Source: Verrucomicrobiota bacterium (lineage in GTDB: Bacteria; Verrucomicrobiota; Verrucomicrobiia; Limisphaerales; UBA8199). Taken from it: a stretch of DNA of 64,000 nt. The notes below the pieces were generated by a model. That model ran no database searches. It saw nothing but the letters and a program-made list of their open reading frames with translations, and was not told where the DNA came from. A program made the position numbers and the translations under genes. The stretch is from positions 4,604 to 68,603 of the forward strand of contig JBEKRX010000028.1 of NCBI GenBank assembly GCA_049518415.1, read 5' to 3'. Numbering within the stretch: position 1 is the first letter of the stretch; each line of letters begins with the position of its first letter. Positions 43,579 to 53,091 of the stretch are shown here, piece after piece.

Positions 43579-46500
43579 CTACTTTTGCGCGAAACGCGCC
43601 AGGACGGTCGCGGAGCCGAGGTTGCCGGGCAGTTGCACCCAGTCGCCTTTGAATTGGCGCCACGGTTTGCCGTTGAGCGTGACCGAGGCCAAGGGGCGCT
43701 GGTGGGGGTCGCGAAAGCGGAGGCGGAGTTCCTTGGGCGGATTGCGGCGGGGGCCATCGACTTGGGCGGTGATTTCACTCTCGCCAGCCGTGTAAAGCAC
43801 GCCGGCCGGGCCGAACCAGGTGGCGGCGTGTTGGAGGCCGCACTGCCGGCCCGGCAGGAGCCAGTCGCGGGGCACGGCCTGGCCCAGCAGGAGGGCGTCG
43901 CCCTCCTCGCGCAGGAAGACCTGGCGCAGCCAGCCGCAGGCATTGGCCTCGTCGGAGCTTTTGTAATGGTCGCCGCGCCAGTCACCCATGTTGGGCAGGG
44001 CGTGCTCGGTGTTCATGTGGACGTCCGGGAAGTGGCTTACGGCAATGGCGTTGAACATGGCGCGGAGGGCGTGCTTGACGTCGTCGCGGCGGAGATAAGG
44101 CTCCACGTCCAGGAGCAGGCAGGCCTGCATGGACATCCCGCCGCGCCCGAACCAGTCGCGGTCGAAATCGTCGAGCGTGTAGCCGTACTGGTTGGAGAGA
44201 TAGAGATTGTCTTCGTAATCCTTGAGAATCCACTGGGCTTCCGGGGCGCGCGGGTCCAGGGCGCCGGTGATGAGGAGGTGCAAGGCGCCTTCGAGGGTTT
44301 CGCAAATCCAGCCGAAGCTGCGGCCGCGGCGCTGGACGTAGGAAGGGAAATGCGGCACGGCGGTGCCGTCGCGCAGGCGCACCACGGGCGAGCGTTGGGC
44401 GGCCTGGCGAAAGTTGCCCAGGAGGCGGGCGTGAAAGGCGTCGGCCGCCTGGCGGATGCGTTTGGCTTCGGGATGCTGGAGCTGTTCCAAAGCCCAGGCC
44501 GCGGAGTCAAGTCCGCGCCAGGTGTAGCAGCTTGTCGAAAGCCAGGTCCACCAATCGCCGATGTCTTCGAGGCTGCCGGCGGGCAGGAGGCCGCGTTCGA
44601 GTTCCTGCCGGCCGGCGGTGCGCGCGCTCTCACGGATGATCCAATCGGCCCCGGCCAGCAGGCCCGGGGCGGCGTGGCGCAGCCAGGCCCGGTCGCGGGT
44701 AAAGCGGTAATGCTCGGCCAGGCACCAGAGAATCCAGCCGTGATGCTGGTTGTAGCCGCCGGCCTCGTAACCGCCGGCGCCGTAGAGGACGCCTTGGCGG
44801 GAGGAGAAGTCGCCGGGCAAGCCAACAGTGCCTTGATAGTGGAGCCAGGCCTCCAGGCATTGGCCGGCCTCCTGGTGATAGCCGCGGCGGTCCAAGTCCA
44901 CCACCATCATGCAGGACTCGTTCCCGTAGGCGCCGTAACTGAAGGAACCGACGCGCGCAAACCGGCGCTCGCTGTTCGGCTCACGCTCGCAGTTGATGAG
45001 CAAGTGCCCGGCGTGGGCGCGATAAAATTCGTCGAGCACCGGCTCCGGGGTGGTTAGCCGCGCGCTTTCATTGAGCCGCCGCCGCCAATAGCCGGCCACG
45101 GCGGCCCGCTCGGTCTCGAAGTCCAGCCGCCCCAGGGCCGCCTGTTCGGATTTGTCCGCCAGCACCAGATAAGGGATTTTGACCACGACCGTTTTGGACT
45201 CGCCCGGCGGCAGGGTCCAGGTCCAGTTCAGGGTTTGGCCGGCCAGGGCGGGCGGGCCATCGGCGAGGACTTGTGCGCGGAGGTTCTGAGCGAGCCAGAG
45301 CCGGCCCTGCTCGTCGGGGCGCAAGGCCTTTGGCGCCTCGGCGGCACCGTAGGTCAGAGGCAGGAGGGCGGTCCGGGGCGCCGCCGAGATGTTGGTCATC
45401 ACGAACCGGGCCAGGAACACGGTCAAGGCGTCGGCGGGCGGCGCCGGGGCGTCCGCACGGGCGCCATCCAGTTCGGTGACCAGGGCGGTTTGGGAGATTC
45501 TGAGTCCGTTGATTTCCCAGGTGGTATGGCAGATGGGGAGGCAGTCCTCCTGGAGGTGGCGTTCAACCGGTTGGGGCAGCGCGCCGAAACCAACGCGCAC
45601 CGGGTCCGGTTCCAGGCTCAGCCGGGGCGTGTCGTTGCCGGGGCGATGCAGGAGATAGTGGTCGTTGGAGCGAAAGAGCACCGCGCCGTTGGCCTCCAAC
45701 TGGAAGCGCTGCCGTCCGCCATCCAGGCCGAGTGGGAAATAGATGTGAGATTTTTTTGGGGGCATGTTGTTCCAGGCGGCGCGCCAGGTCTGCTCCGGCA
45801 GTTGGGCGACGCGGTCATAGAGGGTGCTGGCGTGCCGGTCCCGTTGCGCGGCGGCCACGGCGGGGTAAGCGCGGGTGTCCGCGCCGGGCAAAACCGCCAC
45901 GCCGAAACACGGCAGGAAGAGGGCTTCCTGGGCCACGTCCTCGGCGCGAAAGGTGAAGACCGCCGGGCCGTTCCTGACGGTGACCAGGGTGCGGTCGAGC
46001 GTGTTCGGGTCGGCATTGGCCGCGGCCTTGAGGGTGATGCGGTAATCGCGCGCGGAAAGCCGCTGGACGCTCTGGACCTCGCCATTGAAGGCGGTCACCT
46101 GCGGCCGGCGCGGAGATTTGGCCCACGCCAGCCGGACCATGCGCTGCTGGTAAACCGAATCGGTAAAGGCCTCCAGGCGGGCAATCCTGGGGAGGGCGCC
46201 GCCCGACTGCAGGCGGAGCTTGAGGGTGTAACGGAAGCGGGCCGCGTAGTCCTTGAGTTGGGGATACTCCTTCTCATTGACCGGGCGGAACGAAAAGGTG
46301 ACCCGGGAGCCATCGGCCTTCGCCTCGGCGTCGGCCAGGCGCCAGCCGCCGTTGTACCAATTGCCCAGTTCCATCCAGCCGACGTCGCCGCCGCCCGGCT
46401 GGCGGTCTTTAGGCAGATGTTGTTGCGGCCAGCGGCTGCCCCAGTATTCCAGGCGGAGGCTGGCGGGCGGCGGGGCGGGGCCATCGAACTGGACGGTGAC

Positions 46501-46644
46501 CTGGTGAATCTCGCGCGGGTCTTCCCAGCAGAGGCCGTTGCCCTCGGGCAAGGGAAGGCCGAATGGGGCGGCATCAAACGAGGCCGCGGCGCAACTGCAG
46601 AGCGAGGCGAGGCAAAGGCAAGTGGAGCGCAAGGGCAGGTTCAT
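43579..46644 (-). CDS. large secreted protein, possibly glycoside-hydrolase-like (alpha/alpha toroid region)
   Basis: 1021-aa ORF with a signal peptide (LCLASLCSCAAAS). The central and C-terminal region (GGYNQHHGWILWCLAEHYRFTRDRAWL, GLLPAGSLEDIGDWW) resembles six-hairpin glycosidase folds. Function not established. Confidence 0.8.
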   Translation of the reverse strand: MNLPLRSTCLCLASLCSCAAASFDAAPFGLPLPEGNGLCWEDPREIHQVTVQFDGPAPPPASLRLEYWGSRWPQQHLPKDRQPGGGDVGWMELGNWYNGGWRLADAEAKADGSRVTFSFRPVNEKEYPQLKDYAARFRYTLKLRLQSGGALPRIARLEAFTDSVYQQRMVRLAWAKSPRRPQVTAFNGEVQSVQRLSARDYRITLKAAANADPNTLDRTLVTVRNGPAVFTFRAEDVAQEALFLPCFGVAVLPGADTRAYPAVAAAQRDRHASTLYDRVAQLPEQTWRAAWNNMPPKKSHIYFPLGLDGGRQRFQLEANGAVLFRSNDHYLLHRPGNDTPRLSLEPDPVRVGFGALPQPVERHLQEDCLPICHTTWEINGLRISQTALVTELDGARADAPAPPADALTVFLARFVMTNISAAPRTALLPLTYGAAEAPKALRPDEQGRLWLAQNLRAQVLADGPPALAGQTLNWTWTLPPGESKTVVVKIPYLVLADKSEQAALGRLDFETERAAVAGYWRRRLNESARLTTPEPVLDEFYRAHAGHLLINCEREPNSERRFARVGSFSYGAYGNESCMMVVDLDRRGYHQEAGQCLEAWLHYQGTVGLPGDFSSRQGVLYGAGGYEAGGYNQHHGWILWCLAEHYRFTRDRAWLRHAAPGLLAGADWIIRESARTAGRQELERGLLPAGSLEDIGDWWTWLSTSCYTWRGLDSAAWALEQLQHPEAKRIRQAADAFHARLLGNFRQAAQRSPVVRLRDGTAVPHFPSYVQRRGRSFGWICETLEGALHLLITGALDPRAPEAQWILKDYEDNLYLSNQYGYTLDDFDRDWFGRGGMSMQACLLLDVEPYLRRDDVKHALRAMFNAIAVSHFPDVHMNTEHALPNMGDWRGDHYKSSDEANACGWLRQVFLREEGDALLLGQAVPRDWLLPGRQCGLQHAATWFGPAGVLYTAGESEITAQVDGPRRNPPKELRLRFRDPHQRPLASVTLNGKPWRQFKGDWVQLPGNLGSATVLARFAQK

Positions 46645-46893
46645 AGTTCGTAAGGAGGTTTGGTCAGCACAAAGTGCTTAGCGCAAAGCGACAAGGGCTG
46701 TAAAGCGCCAATTCCCAGGGAAGGTGATTTTATCGTTGAGGGGACCCGCCGCCAGATGATGAGAGAAATCTGAACGGCGCACAGAGAAAGCGGAATTCGT
46801 GCCGGTGAGCTCTGAACACCAGGGCTGGCCGTCGTCCCGCTGGGGTCGAAACGCTCCTGTTGTTCGAGGGCCTCGGCCTTCGGCCTTCGCGTT

Positions 46894-49377
46894 TTAGGGC
46901 GGGGTCGCCTGGCTGGCGGTAAACAATCCGGTCTTGGCTAGGATGGACAAGTAATCGACGAGGATATGCTCGGTCTCGGCCAGGGCGGCATCCGCAGCGG
47001 GGGGCTTGTTTTCCAGGAGGTCGTTGGCGAGGTCGTCCTGGGCGGCCGCCACGTCCGCTTTGGTGGCGAGGGCGGCATTGGTGCCGGCGATGGGGGCGCC
47101 CGGGTGCTTGAGGGGCGAGACCCCGGCCAGGGAGTTGGTTTTTTCAACCGGCGGCGGCAGGCCGGGTTGGTCGAGTTGCCGGAGAGTCAGTTCATGGACA
47201 ATCACATCCTGGGGCGGCTTGCGGGCGAGGCGTTCTTGCTGGCGGGCCTGGTCGCGGGCGGCGTCTTCCTCGTTTTGCTTGAGGCGCTGCTTTTCATTGA
47301 GGGAGACGCTCTTGTCGGCCAGGAGTCTCTTGTAGAGTTCAATGTCCTGGCGGATGTAAGCGTATTCGGGGTCGGTGGCGAGGCGCTCGGCGGAACGTTT
47401 GCGCAATTCAGGCAGGTACGGGGCCACGAGGTTGGTAGGCTCATATTGGGCGCTGGGGATGGGACGGCCGGCCGGGAGCGGGTTATCGAGCGTGCTCTCG
47501 CCGATCTCCTTGGATTCGCCCAGGACCGAAGGGAGGATGAGGTCGGGGATGACCCCGGTTTTCTGCGAGGAGGCGCCGCTGGGGCGATAGAATTTCTTGA
47601 TGGTGATTTTCATGGCGCCGGGGTCGTTGGCCAGGGCCGGGCGATGGGTCAAGTTGGTGTAACAGGCATTGACCGGGACCAGGCTTTGGACGGTGCCTTT
47701 GCCGTGGGTGGAGGTATCACCGACGATTAAGGCGCGGCCATAGTCCTGCAAGGCGCCGGCGAGGATTTCGGAGGCGGAGGCGCTCAAGCGGCTGGTCAGC
47801 ACAATCAGCGGCCCCCCGTAAACCAGGGCGTGGTCGGGGTCGGGGTCCTGCTCGATGACGCCGTTGTAGTTTTCCACCTGGACGACGGGGCCTTCCTTGA
47901 TGAACAGGCCGGTGAGCTTGATGGCTTCATCGAGGGAGCCGCCGCCGTTGTGGCGCAGGTCCAGGATGAGGCCGCTGACGTTTTCCTTTTTGAGTTTGGC
48001 GAGCAGTCTGCGGACATCCGCCGAGGTGCTCTTGGAGGCGGACGGGCTGTGGGTAGTGGTGAGGTCCATGGTGGCATAGAAGGAGGGCAGGTCGATGACG
48101 CCCAGGCGGAGGTTGCCGTTGCGGGCGTCGGGCAGTTCGAGCACCTTGGCCTTGGCCTCCTGGTCTTCGAGTTTGATCTCTTCGCGGACGAGGGTGACGC
48201 AGCGGCGGGCGGAGGCATCTGCGGCGGCGGGCAGAATCGTGAGGGTAACCTGGGTGCCCTTGGGCCCGCGAATAAGCTGCACCGCCTTTTGGAGCCGCAT
48301 GTCGACCAGGTCCACCGGGGGCGAATTGCTCTGGGCGACGGCCACAATGCGGTCGCCCTCCTTGATCTGCTTGCTCTTGGAGGCCGGTCCGGGCAGGAGA
48401 TGGTTAACGATGCAATAGCCGTCTTCGGGGCGCAGTTCGGCGCCAATACCTTCCAATCTCAGGTTCATGGCAATCTGAAAGTTCTCCAACTCCGCATGGT
48501 TCATGTAATCGGAGTGGGGGTCATAGACGTGGGCCAGGGTGGTGAGGTAGATGCCGAGGACGTCATCGTCATTCAATTCCGCAAAGGTGCGCAGGGTGCG
48601 GTGATAGCGGCGGCGGAGGGTATCGAGGATCTCCTCGTGTTCCGTTTTGGGTTTGGCGGCCAATTGGTTGTGGGCCGGGCCGGGGTTGGCCGGTGGGGCG
48701 GGCTCGGTCATGGCTTCCTTGGGCGAATCCGACCTGGTGGAGGCGTGAGCGGCCTTCTTTTTGGCGCCGAGGTTAACGAGCTTCTCCTGCAGGTACTCGG
48801 CGCGGAGCCGGTCACGCCAAAGACACTTGGCCTCCTCGAGGTCCTTGGGGTAAGGGAGGTCTTTGCGGTTGATGACTACGCGCTCGTCGGTGTCGAAAGT
48901 GAACTCGGCGTGGTCGAGCAAGTCGTCGACGCAGGCCACGTGCTGTTCGAGCCGCTCCATAAAGCGGTTGAAGATGGCGCAGGCCGGGGTGGTATCCGCG
49001 GTAGCCGCGCCCCGGGTGAGGCGATGGAGGTTGGTGCGGTAGTGGTCGAACTGGGCGAGGTCGGACTGGAGAAAATGGAGGTGTTGGGAGTCATAGGTTT
49101 CCAGGTAGCGGCCGAAGAACCTGGTGGAAACGTCGGCGTTGAAGGCCTGGTGCAGGAATTGGGAATGCTCCAGCATCCAGGCCGTGGTGAAGGCGATCTT
49201 GCCGTCGTCGGGGCCCGGCTTGACGGGGTGAAAGGCGTTGGTCGAGGATTCGGAGATTTCCGCCCTGGCGGCCGCGGGTGGGCTGGCAGGGGCGCTGGAC
49301 TCGGCAGAAAAGAGCGGCCAGGCCAGGTTGCCACTGGCCAGGAGCAGGAGGATTCGCAACAAAAAACGGTTCATCAT
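46894..49377 (-). CDS. prc: carboxy-terminal processing (tail-specific) protease, S41 family
   Basis: Signal peptide from the ATG at 49377. S41 catalytic region (LILDLRHNGGGSLDEA, TSRLSASASEILAGALQDYGRALIVGDTSTHGKGTVQ), a PDZ-like segment and a long C-terminal extension as in Prc. Confidence 0.9.
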   Translation of the reverse strand: MMNRFLLRILLLLASGNLAWPLFSAESSAPASPPAAARAEISESSTNAFHPVKPGPDDGKIAFTTAWMLEHSQFLHQAFNADVSTRFFGRYLETYDSQHLHFLQSDLAQFDHYRTNLHRLTRGAATADTTPACAIFNRFMERLEQHVACVDDLLDHAEFTFDTDERVVINRKDLPYPKDLEEAKCLWRDRLRAEYLQEKLVNLGAKKKAAHASTRSDSPKEAMTEPAPPANPGPAHNQLAAKPKTEHEEILDTLRRRYHRTLRTFAELNDDDVLGIYLTTLAHVYDPHSDYMNHAELENFQIAMNLRLEGIGAELRPEDGYCIVNHLLPGPASKSKQIKEGDRIVAVAQSNSPPVDLVDMRLQKAVQLIRGPKGTQVTLTILPAAADASARRCVTLVREEIKLEDQEAKAKVLELPDARNGNLRLGVIDLPSFYATMDLTTTHSPSASKSTSADVRRLLAKLKKENVSGLILDLRHNGGGSLDEAIKLTGLFIKEGPVVQVENYNGVIEQDPDPDHALVYGGPLIVLTSRLSASASEILAGALQDYGRALIVGDTSTHGKGTVQSLVPVNACYTNLTHRPALANDPGAMKITIKKFYRPSGASSQKTGVIPDLILPSVLGESKEIGESTLDNPLPAGRPIPSAQYEPTNLVAPYLPELRKRSAERLATDPEYAYIRQDIELYKRLLADKSVSLNEKQRLKQNEEDAARDQARQQERLARKPPQDVIVHELTLRQLDQPGLPPPVEKTNSLAGVSPLKHPGAPIAGTNAALATKADVAAAQDDLANDLLENKPPAADAALAETEHILVDYLSILAKTGLFTASQATPP

Positions 49378-49692
49378 GGTTTTCAATGTGCTAAATCTTA
49401 GCACAGGTTCGACGGTTCACACTACCGAATGTTCATTGGCGGCCGGAAATTTCAGCCGTGCGACCAGTCGGCAGCATGGCAGAGCCGGGGAGGTTGGGCA
49501 AGAGCCGGGTTGGGAGGGCGGGGGCGGCTGCTTACACGGATGCCGGAGCGGCCAGCGGGGCTGACGTCCCCCATCCGGCGAACGTCGAGGGGGTGCCCAA
49601 GCCGCATCGCGACGGCATGCCCGGTGTCAACCTCCATTGCTCAGCGCGGCGCAGCCGCAACCAAGGGGACAAGGGATTCGAGAATTGGGAAT

Positions 49693-49719
49693 TGGAAATT
49701 TCAAACTGGAAATTTCAAA
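49693..49719. promoter_or_regulatory. tandem palindromic GAAATTTC sites
   Basis: tggaaatttcaaa at 49693-49705 and 49707-49719. Each contains the perfect 8-bp palindrome GAAATTTC. They lie in the prc/clpS divergent intergenic region, about 130 nt upstream of clpS. Confidence 0.4.
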
Positions 49720-49847
49720 ATGAGCTATCTCCTGTCTCCTGCCTAATGCCGGCGGCGTTTTAAGGCTTCAACGCTCCAAGGCTGGAACATCCACCTGACT
49801 GCTCCGCTTGGCTCGACAAGCGGGGCTGGGGCGTATATTTTGCGGGT

Positions 49848-50156
49848 ATGGCGGAGACAGTCGCGCCAGAATTGCTGCCCGGAACCATCCCGGCGGCAGA
49901 AGAGAAGGCCCGGTCGAGCCTGGAGCCAGGGTACCTGGTTATTTGCTGGAACGACCCGGTCAATTACATGGATTACGTGACGCACGTGTTCCAGGCCGTT
50001 TTCGGCTGGGCGCGCCCAAAGGCAGAGTTCCACATGCGCCAGGTCCATGAGCAGGGCAAGAGCGTGCTGGCGCGCGAGAGCATGGAGAAGGCGGAGCATT
50101 ATGTGCACCAACTCCAGAAGTACAGCCTGCACGCCACCATGGAGCGGGACGAGTGA
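49848..50156 (+). CDS. clpS: ATP-dependent Clp protease adaptor ClpS
   Basis: YLVICWNDPVNYMDYVTHVFQAVFGWARPKAEFHMRQVHEQGKSVL matches the ClpS core. Confidence 0.9.
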   Translation: MAETVAPELLPGTIPAAEEKARSSLEPGYLVICWNDPVNYMDYVTHVFQAVFGWARPKAEFHMRQVHEQGKSVLARESMEKAEHYVHQLQKYSLHATMERDE

Positions 50157-50611
50157 ACCTGATTCGGGCAACCAAAAAGCAGCTTGAATTTCACCTGGCC
50201 AGGCGGGAGCAGCACCTGTTGCTGAGCCTGCTCAAGCTCTATCCCTGCCTGCCCTCGGCCCACCAACCGCTGAGCCAGGCGGGCGGGCTGCCCGACCAGG
50301 AGACCAGCCAGCGCCTGCTGGCGGAGGCGCTGGCGGAGCAACGGGAGGAGAACCGGGGGCAACTGCAGGCCCTGCTGGGCGACCCGGGGCGATTCCGGGA
50401 AGAGGAGACCGGCTGGCGGCTTTCGCTCTCGCGGGCCGACCTGGAGTGGCTGCTCCAGGTCCTGAATGACATTCGGGTCGGGAGCTGGGTCCTGCTCGGC
50501 TCGCCCGAGGAACCGCTCGCCGGGCTGGACGAGAAAACCGCTCCGCACTATTGGGCGATGGAAATGTCCGGTCAAATGCAGATGCAGTTTCTTGAGGCGT
50601 TGCAAGGTTGA
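50153..50611 (+). CDS. hypothetical protein (DUF2017-like by position)
   Basis: The GTG overlaps the clpS stop (GTGA). 152-aa helical protein with DLEWLLQVLNDIRV. ClpS-adjacent DUF2017 proteins occupy this position in other phyla. The assignment is tentative. Confidence 0.55.
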   Translation: MNLIRATKKQLEFHLARREQHLLLSLLKLYPCLPSAHQPLSQAGGLPDQETSQRLLAEALAEQREENRGQLQALLGDPGRFREEETGWRLSLSRADLEWLLQVLNDIRVGSWVLLGSPEEPLAGLDEKTAPHYWAMEMSGQMQMQFLEALQG

Positions 50612-50646
50612 AGGGTTGAAGCGTCGCGCTGGTTATCAGTCTAATC

Positions 50647-51327
50647 ATGGGCCTGACGATACTGGACAGAGGGCTGCGATTTCCTGACCCGCGTCTGGCG
50701 GAGGCGGAGGGGTTGGTGGCGGTGGGGGGCGATCTGTCCGTGCCGCGCTTGCTGCTGGCGTATCGCTCGGGACTGTTTCCCTGGACGGTGGCGCCCATCA
50801 CATGGTGGTCGCCGGACCCGCGCGCGATTTTCGAGTTGGACGGCTTCCGTGTTTCGCGCAGCCTGGGCAGGGTAATTCGGCGGGGGGTGTTTCAAATCAC
50901 GCTGGACCGGGCCTTTGGCGAGGTGATGGCGGGCTGCGCGGCGCCCGCGCCGGGGCGGCGGGGCAGGTGGATTACGCGGGAGTTTGTGGAGGCCTACACG
51001 GAGCTGCACCGGCAAGGCCATGCCCACAGCTTGGAATGTTGGCAAGGAGCAGAATTGGCGGGCGGCATTTACGGGGTGGCCATCGGGGGGTTTTTCGCGG
51101 GCGAATCGATGTTCCACCGCGTCAGCAATGCGTCCAAGGTGGCCCTGTTCCACCTGGTGGAACAGTTGCGCCGGCGCGACTTTAGCTTATTTGACATCCA
51201 GATGCTGACGCCGGTTACCGCGCAACTGGGCGCCGTCAACCTCCCGCGCGAGGAGTATCTGGAGCGGTTGCAACGAGCGGTGGCCAGGGAGCGGACATTT
51301 CGGGACGACTCGCGCACAAAGTTTTGA
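50647..51327 (+). CDS. aat: leucyl/phenylalanyl-tRNA--protein transferase
   Basis: LLLAYRSGLFPW, WWSPDPRAIF, FGEVMAGCA and GIYGVAIGGFFAGESMFH blocks. Confidence 0.9.
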   Translation: MGLTILDRGLRFPDPRLAEAEGLVAVGGDLSVPRLLLAYRSGLFPWTVAPITWWSPDPRAIFELDGFRVSRSLGRVIRRGVFQITLDRAFGEVMAGCAAPAPGRRGRWITREFVEAYTELHRQGHAHSLECWQGAELAGGIYGVAIGGFFAGESMFHRVSNASKVALFHLVEQLRRRDFSLFDIQMLTPVTAQLGAVNLPREEYLERLQRAVARERTFRDDSRTKF

Positions 51328-51399
51328 CAGGCCAATATTTTGGTCCAGATTGTGCCTGCGGGGCAAGTCGAACGGTGCAAGTCTGACGCCCTTGGCAAT

Positions 51400-51960
51400 A
51401 TGCCTGGAAACGAACAGTTTTTGAAGGGCCAGTTGCTGCTGGACAGCGGCCAATTGCGGGGCTCGTTTTTCCAACGGACCGTGGTGCTCATTTGCCAGCA
51501 CGACGCCGAAGGGGCCTTCGGTCTGGTGCTCAATCGCGCCACGGGCAGCAAAGTCGGTGACATGATCGTGGCCGACTTGCCGGACAGGCTCAAGGCCTGT
51601 CCTCTCTACCTGGGGGGACCGGTCCAGCCGTCGGCGTTGAGTTATTTGCATAGCGACGCCTTTATCCCGGGGGCCAACGTGATGCCCAACTTGAGCCTGG
51701 GCCATTCGCTGGACACGCTGCTGGAGCTGGGCGAATCGTATTCGCCGACCCAAAAGCTCAAGCTTTTCGCGGGCTACGCCGGCTGGAACCCGGGTCAACT
51801 GGAGGACGAGATGAAGCGCAAGGCCTGGCTGACCCATCCGGCGTCGCTCGAGTTGGTTTTTGACGCCCAGCCCGAGCGGCTCTGGCAACGAATCCTGCGC
51901 CAGAAAGGCTGGCAATACAAATTGCTGGCCCAGATGCCAGAGGATCTTTCGCTGAATTAG
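51400..51960 (+). CDS. YqgE/AlgH-family protein
   Basis: LKGQLLLDSGQLRGSFFQRTVVLICQHDAEGAFGLVLNR and YLGGPVQP are family hallmarks. ATG at 51400. Confidence 0.85.
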   Translation: MPGNEQFLKGQLLLDSGQLRGSFFQRTVVLICQHDAEGAFGLVLNRATGSKVGDMIVADLPDRLKACPLYLGGPVQPSALSYLHSDAFIPGANVMPNLSLGHSLDTLLELGESYSPTQKLKLFAGYAGWNPGQLEDEMKRKAWLTHPASLELVFDAQPERLWQRILRQKGWQYKLLAQMPEDLSLN

Positions 51961-52184
51961 GGGCTCGCGCAACCACTCGCGATGGACCGGCGGAGCGTGA
52001 GTGGGGTGGGTGGGTGAGTGAGCGAGCGGGGGCCAAAGCGGCGTCTGGCGACGCGTCGGGATTGCCGCCGCCGCAAATCGGTCTTGGGGCTTTTAAGCGC
52101 CGCCGCGGCTTGCCGGCTGGGAAGGCTGCCCGGCGGGTCCGGACGTCCCCTGGAGGAAAAGCAAGATGGTCGAGATCGTCACGG

Positions 52185-52796
52185 CTAAGCGGGCTTGGGG
52201 GCAAACACGCGGGCGGGATTGCCGACCGCGACGTGATGCGGCGGCACGTCATGCGTGACGACGGCGCCGGCGCCGATGACGGCGCGGTCGCCGATGGTGA
52301 CGCCTTTGAGGATCAGGGCCCGGGCGCCCACGAACACGCCCCGGCCGATCTTGACCGGCCGGGCATTGGCCTGGCATTCGTCGGCCCAACCCCACTCGCC
52401 CGCGGGCCGATGAAAGTCGTGATCGATCACCATCGCCCCCGCGCCCATGATGGTGCCCTGGCCGACTTGGATGGAGACGCCGGCGCAGAGCGCCGTGGCG
52501 CTGATGCCCACCTTGGGCCCCAGGATTAACTGCGCCCCCGGGCCCATGGCCCTGAGGGCGGAGGGTTGAAAGCACGCCAGCGGATTGGCCCGCACGGAAC
52601 TGCCGACGCGAACCCCATCCCCCAGCACGATGCGCGCCCCCTTGACCACGCTGATCAACGGCCGGCCCAGGAACAGGCACCGGCCCTGGAATTCCACGCC
52701 TTTTAACTGCGCCTCCCAGCGCCACAGCCGGGAGGGCCACAGGCGCACTCGCCCAAGGATCGCGCCGAGGAAAATTGCCAGAGTATGATTGCTCAT
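52185..52796 (-). CDS. hexapeptide-repeat (left-handed beta-helix) acyl/acetyltransferase
   Basis: IGRGVFVGARALILKGVTIGDRAVIGAGAVVTHDVPPHHVAVGNPARV is the classic sugar O-acetyltransferase C-terminus. Confidence 0.8.
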   Translation of the reverse strand: MSNHTLAIFLGAILGRVRLWPSRLWRWEAQLKGVEFQGRCLFLGRPLISVVKGARIVLGDGVRVGSSVRANPLACFQPSALRAMGPGAQLILGPKVGISATALCAGVSIQVGQGTIMGAGAMVIDHDFHRPAGEWGWADECQANARPVKIGRGVFVGARALILKGVTIGDRAVIGAGAVVTHDVPPHHVAVGNPARVFAPKPA

Positions 52797-53091
52797 GCGA
52801 GCACTCAGCATACAGCCTGCTCCCGCCTCAGACAGTCAAAAAAAGGCGGCTTTTCGCGTTGGGCTTGCCCGCGCGCTTCAGGAGCGCCTCCGGATGGAAA
52901 GCGGCCTCCCAGTCCGGAAGCCCGATTGTGCCAGGCCTCGGTTGTCGCCCGGGCCTGAGGCGGAGGCCCGTCAGGAGGAAGCCCACCGCGGAGCGGGTGG
53001 TCCCCACGTAGAACGAAACGTCCGGGAGGAACTCCTCGCAAACCCCCGAGCAGGATGCGCAGGCCTGGTTGAAGACAAGCGAACTTGCGAA

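Noticed and set aside
43450-46653. 535-aa and 472-aa plus-strand ORFs opposite the 1021-aa gene
   Set aside because: Antisense shadows with Gly/Ala/Val/Arg-rich composition. The minus frame is uninterrupted for 3 kb and has a signal peptide.
47830-49401. 523-aa plus-strand ORF opposite prc
   Set aside because: Antisense shadow of a gene with clear S41 protease motifs.
52797-53091. Possible small CDS continuing in frame after the methyltransferase stop (…NQACASCSGVCEEFLPDVSFYVGTT…)
   Set aside because: There is no start codon other than an internal GTG that would give fewer than 60 aa, and no recognisable family. It is most likely a non-coding spacer.
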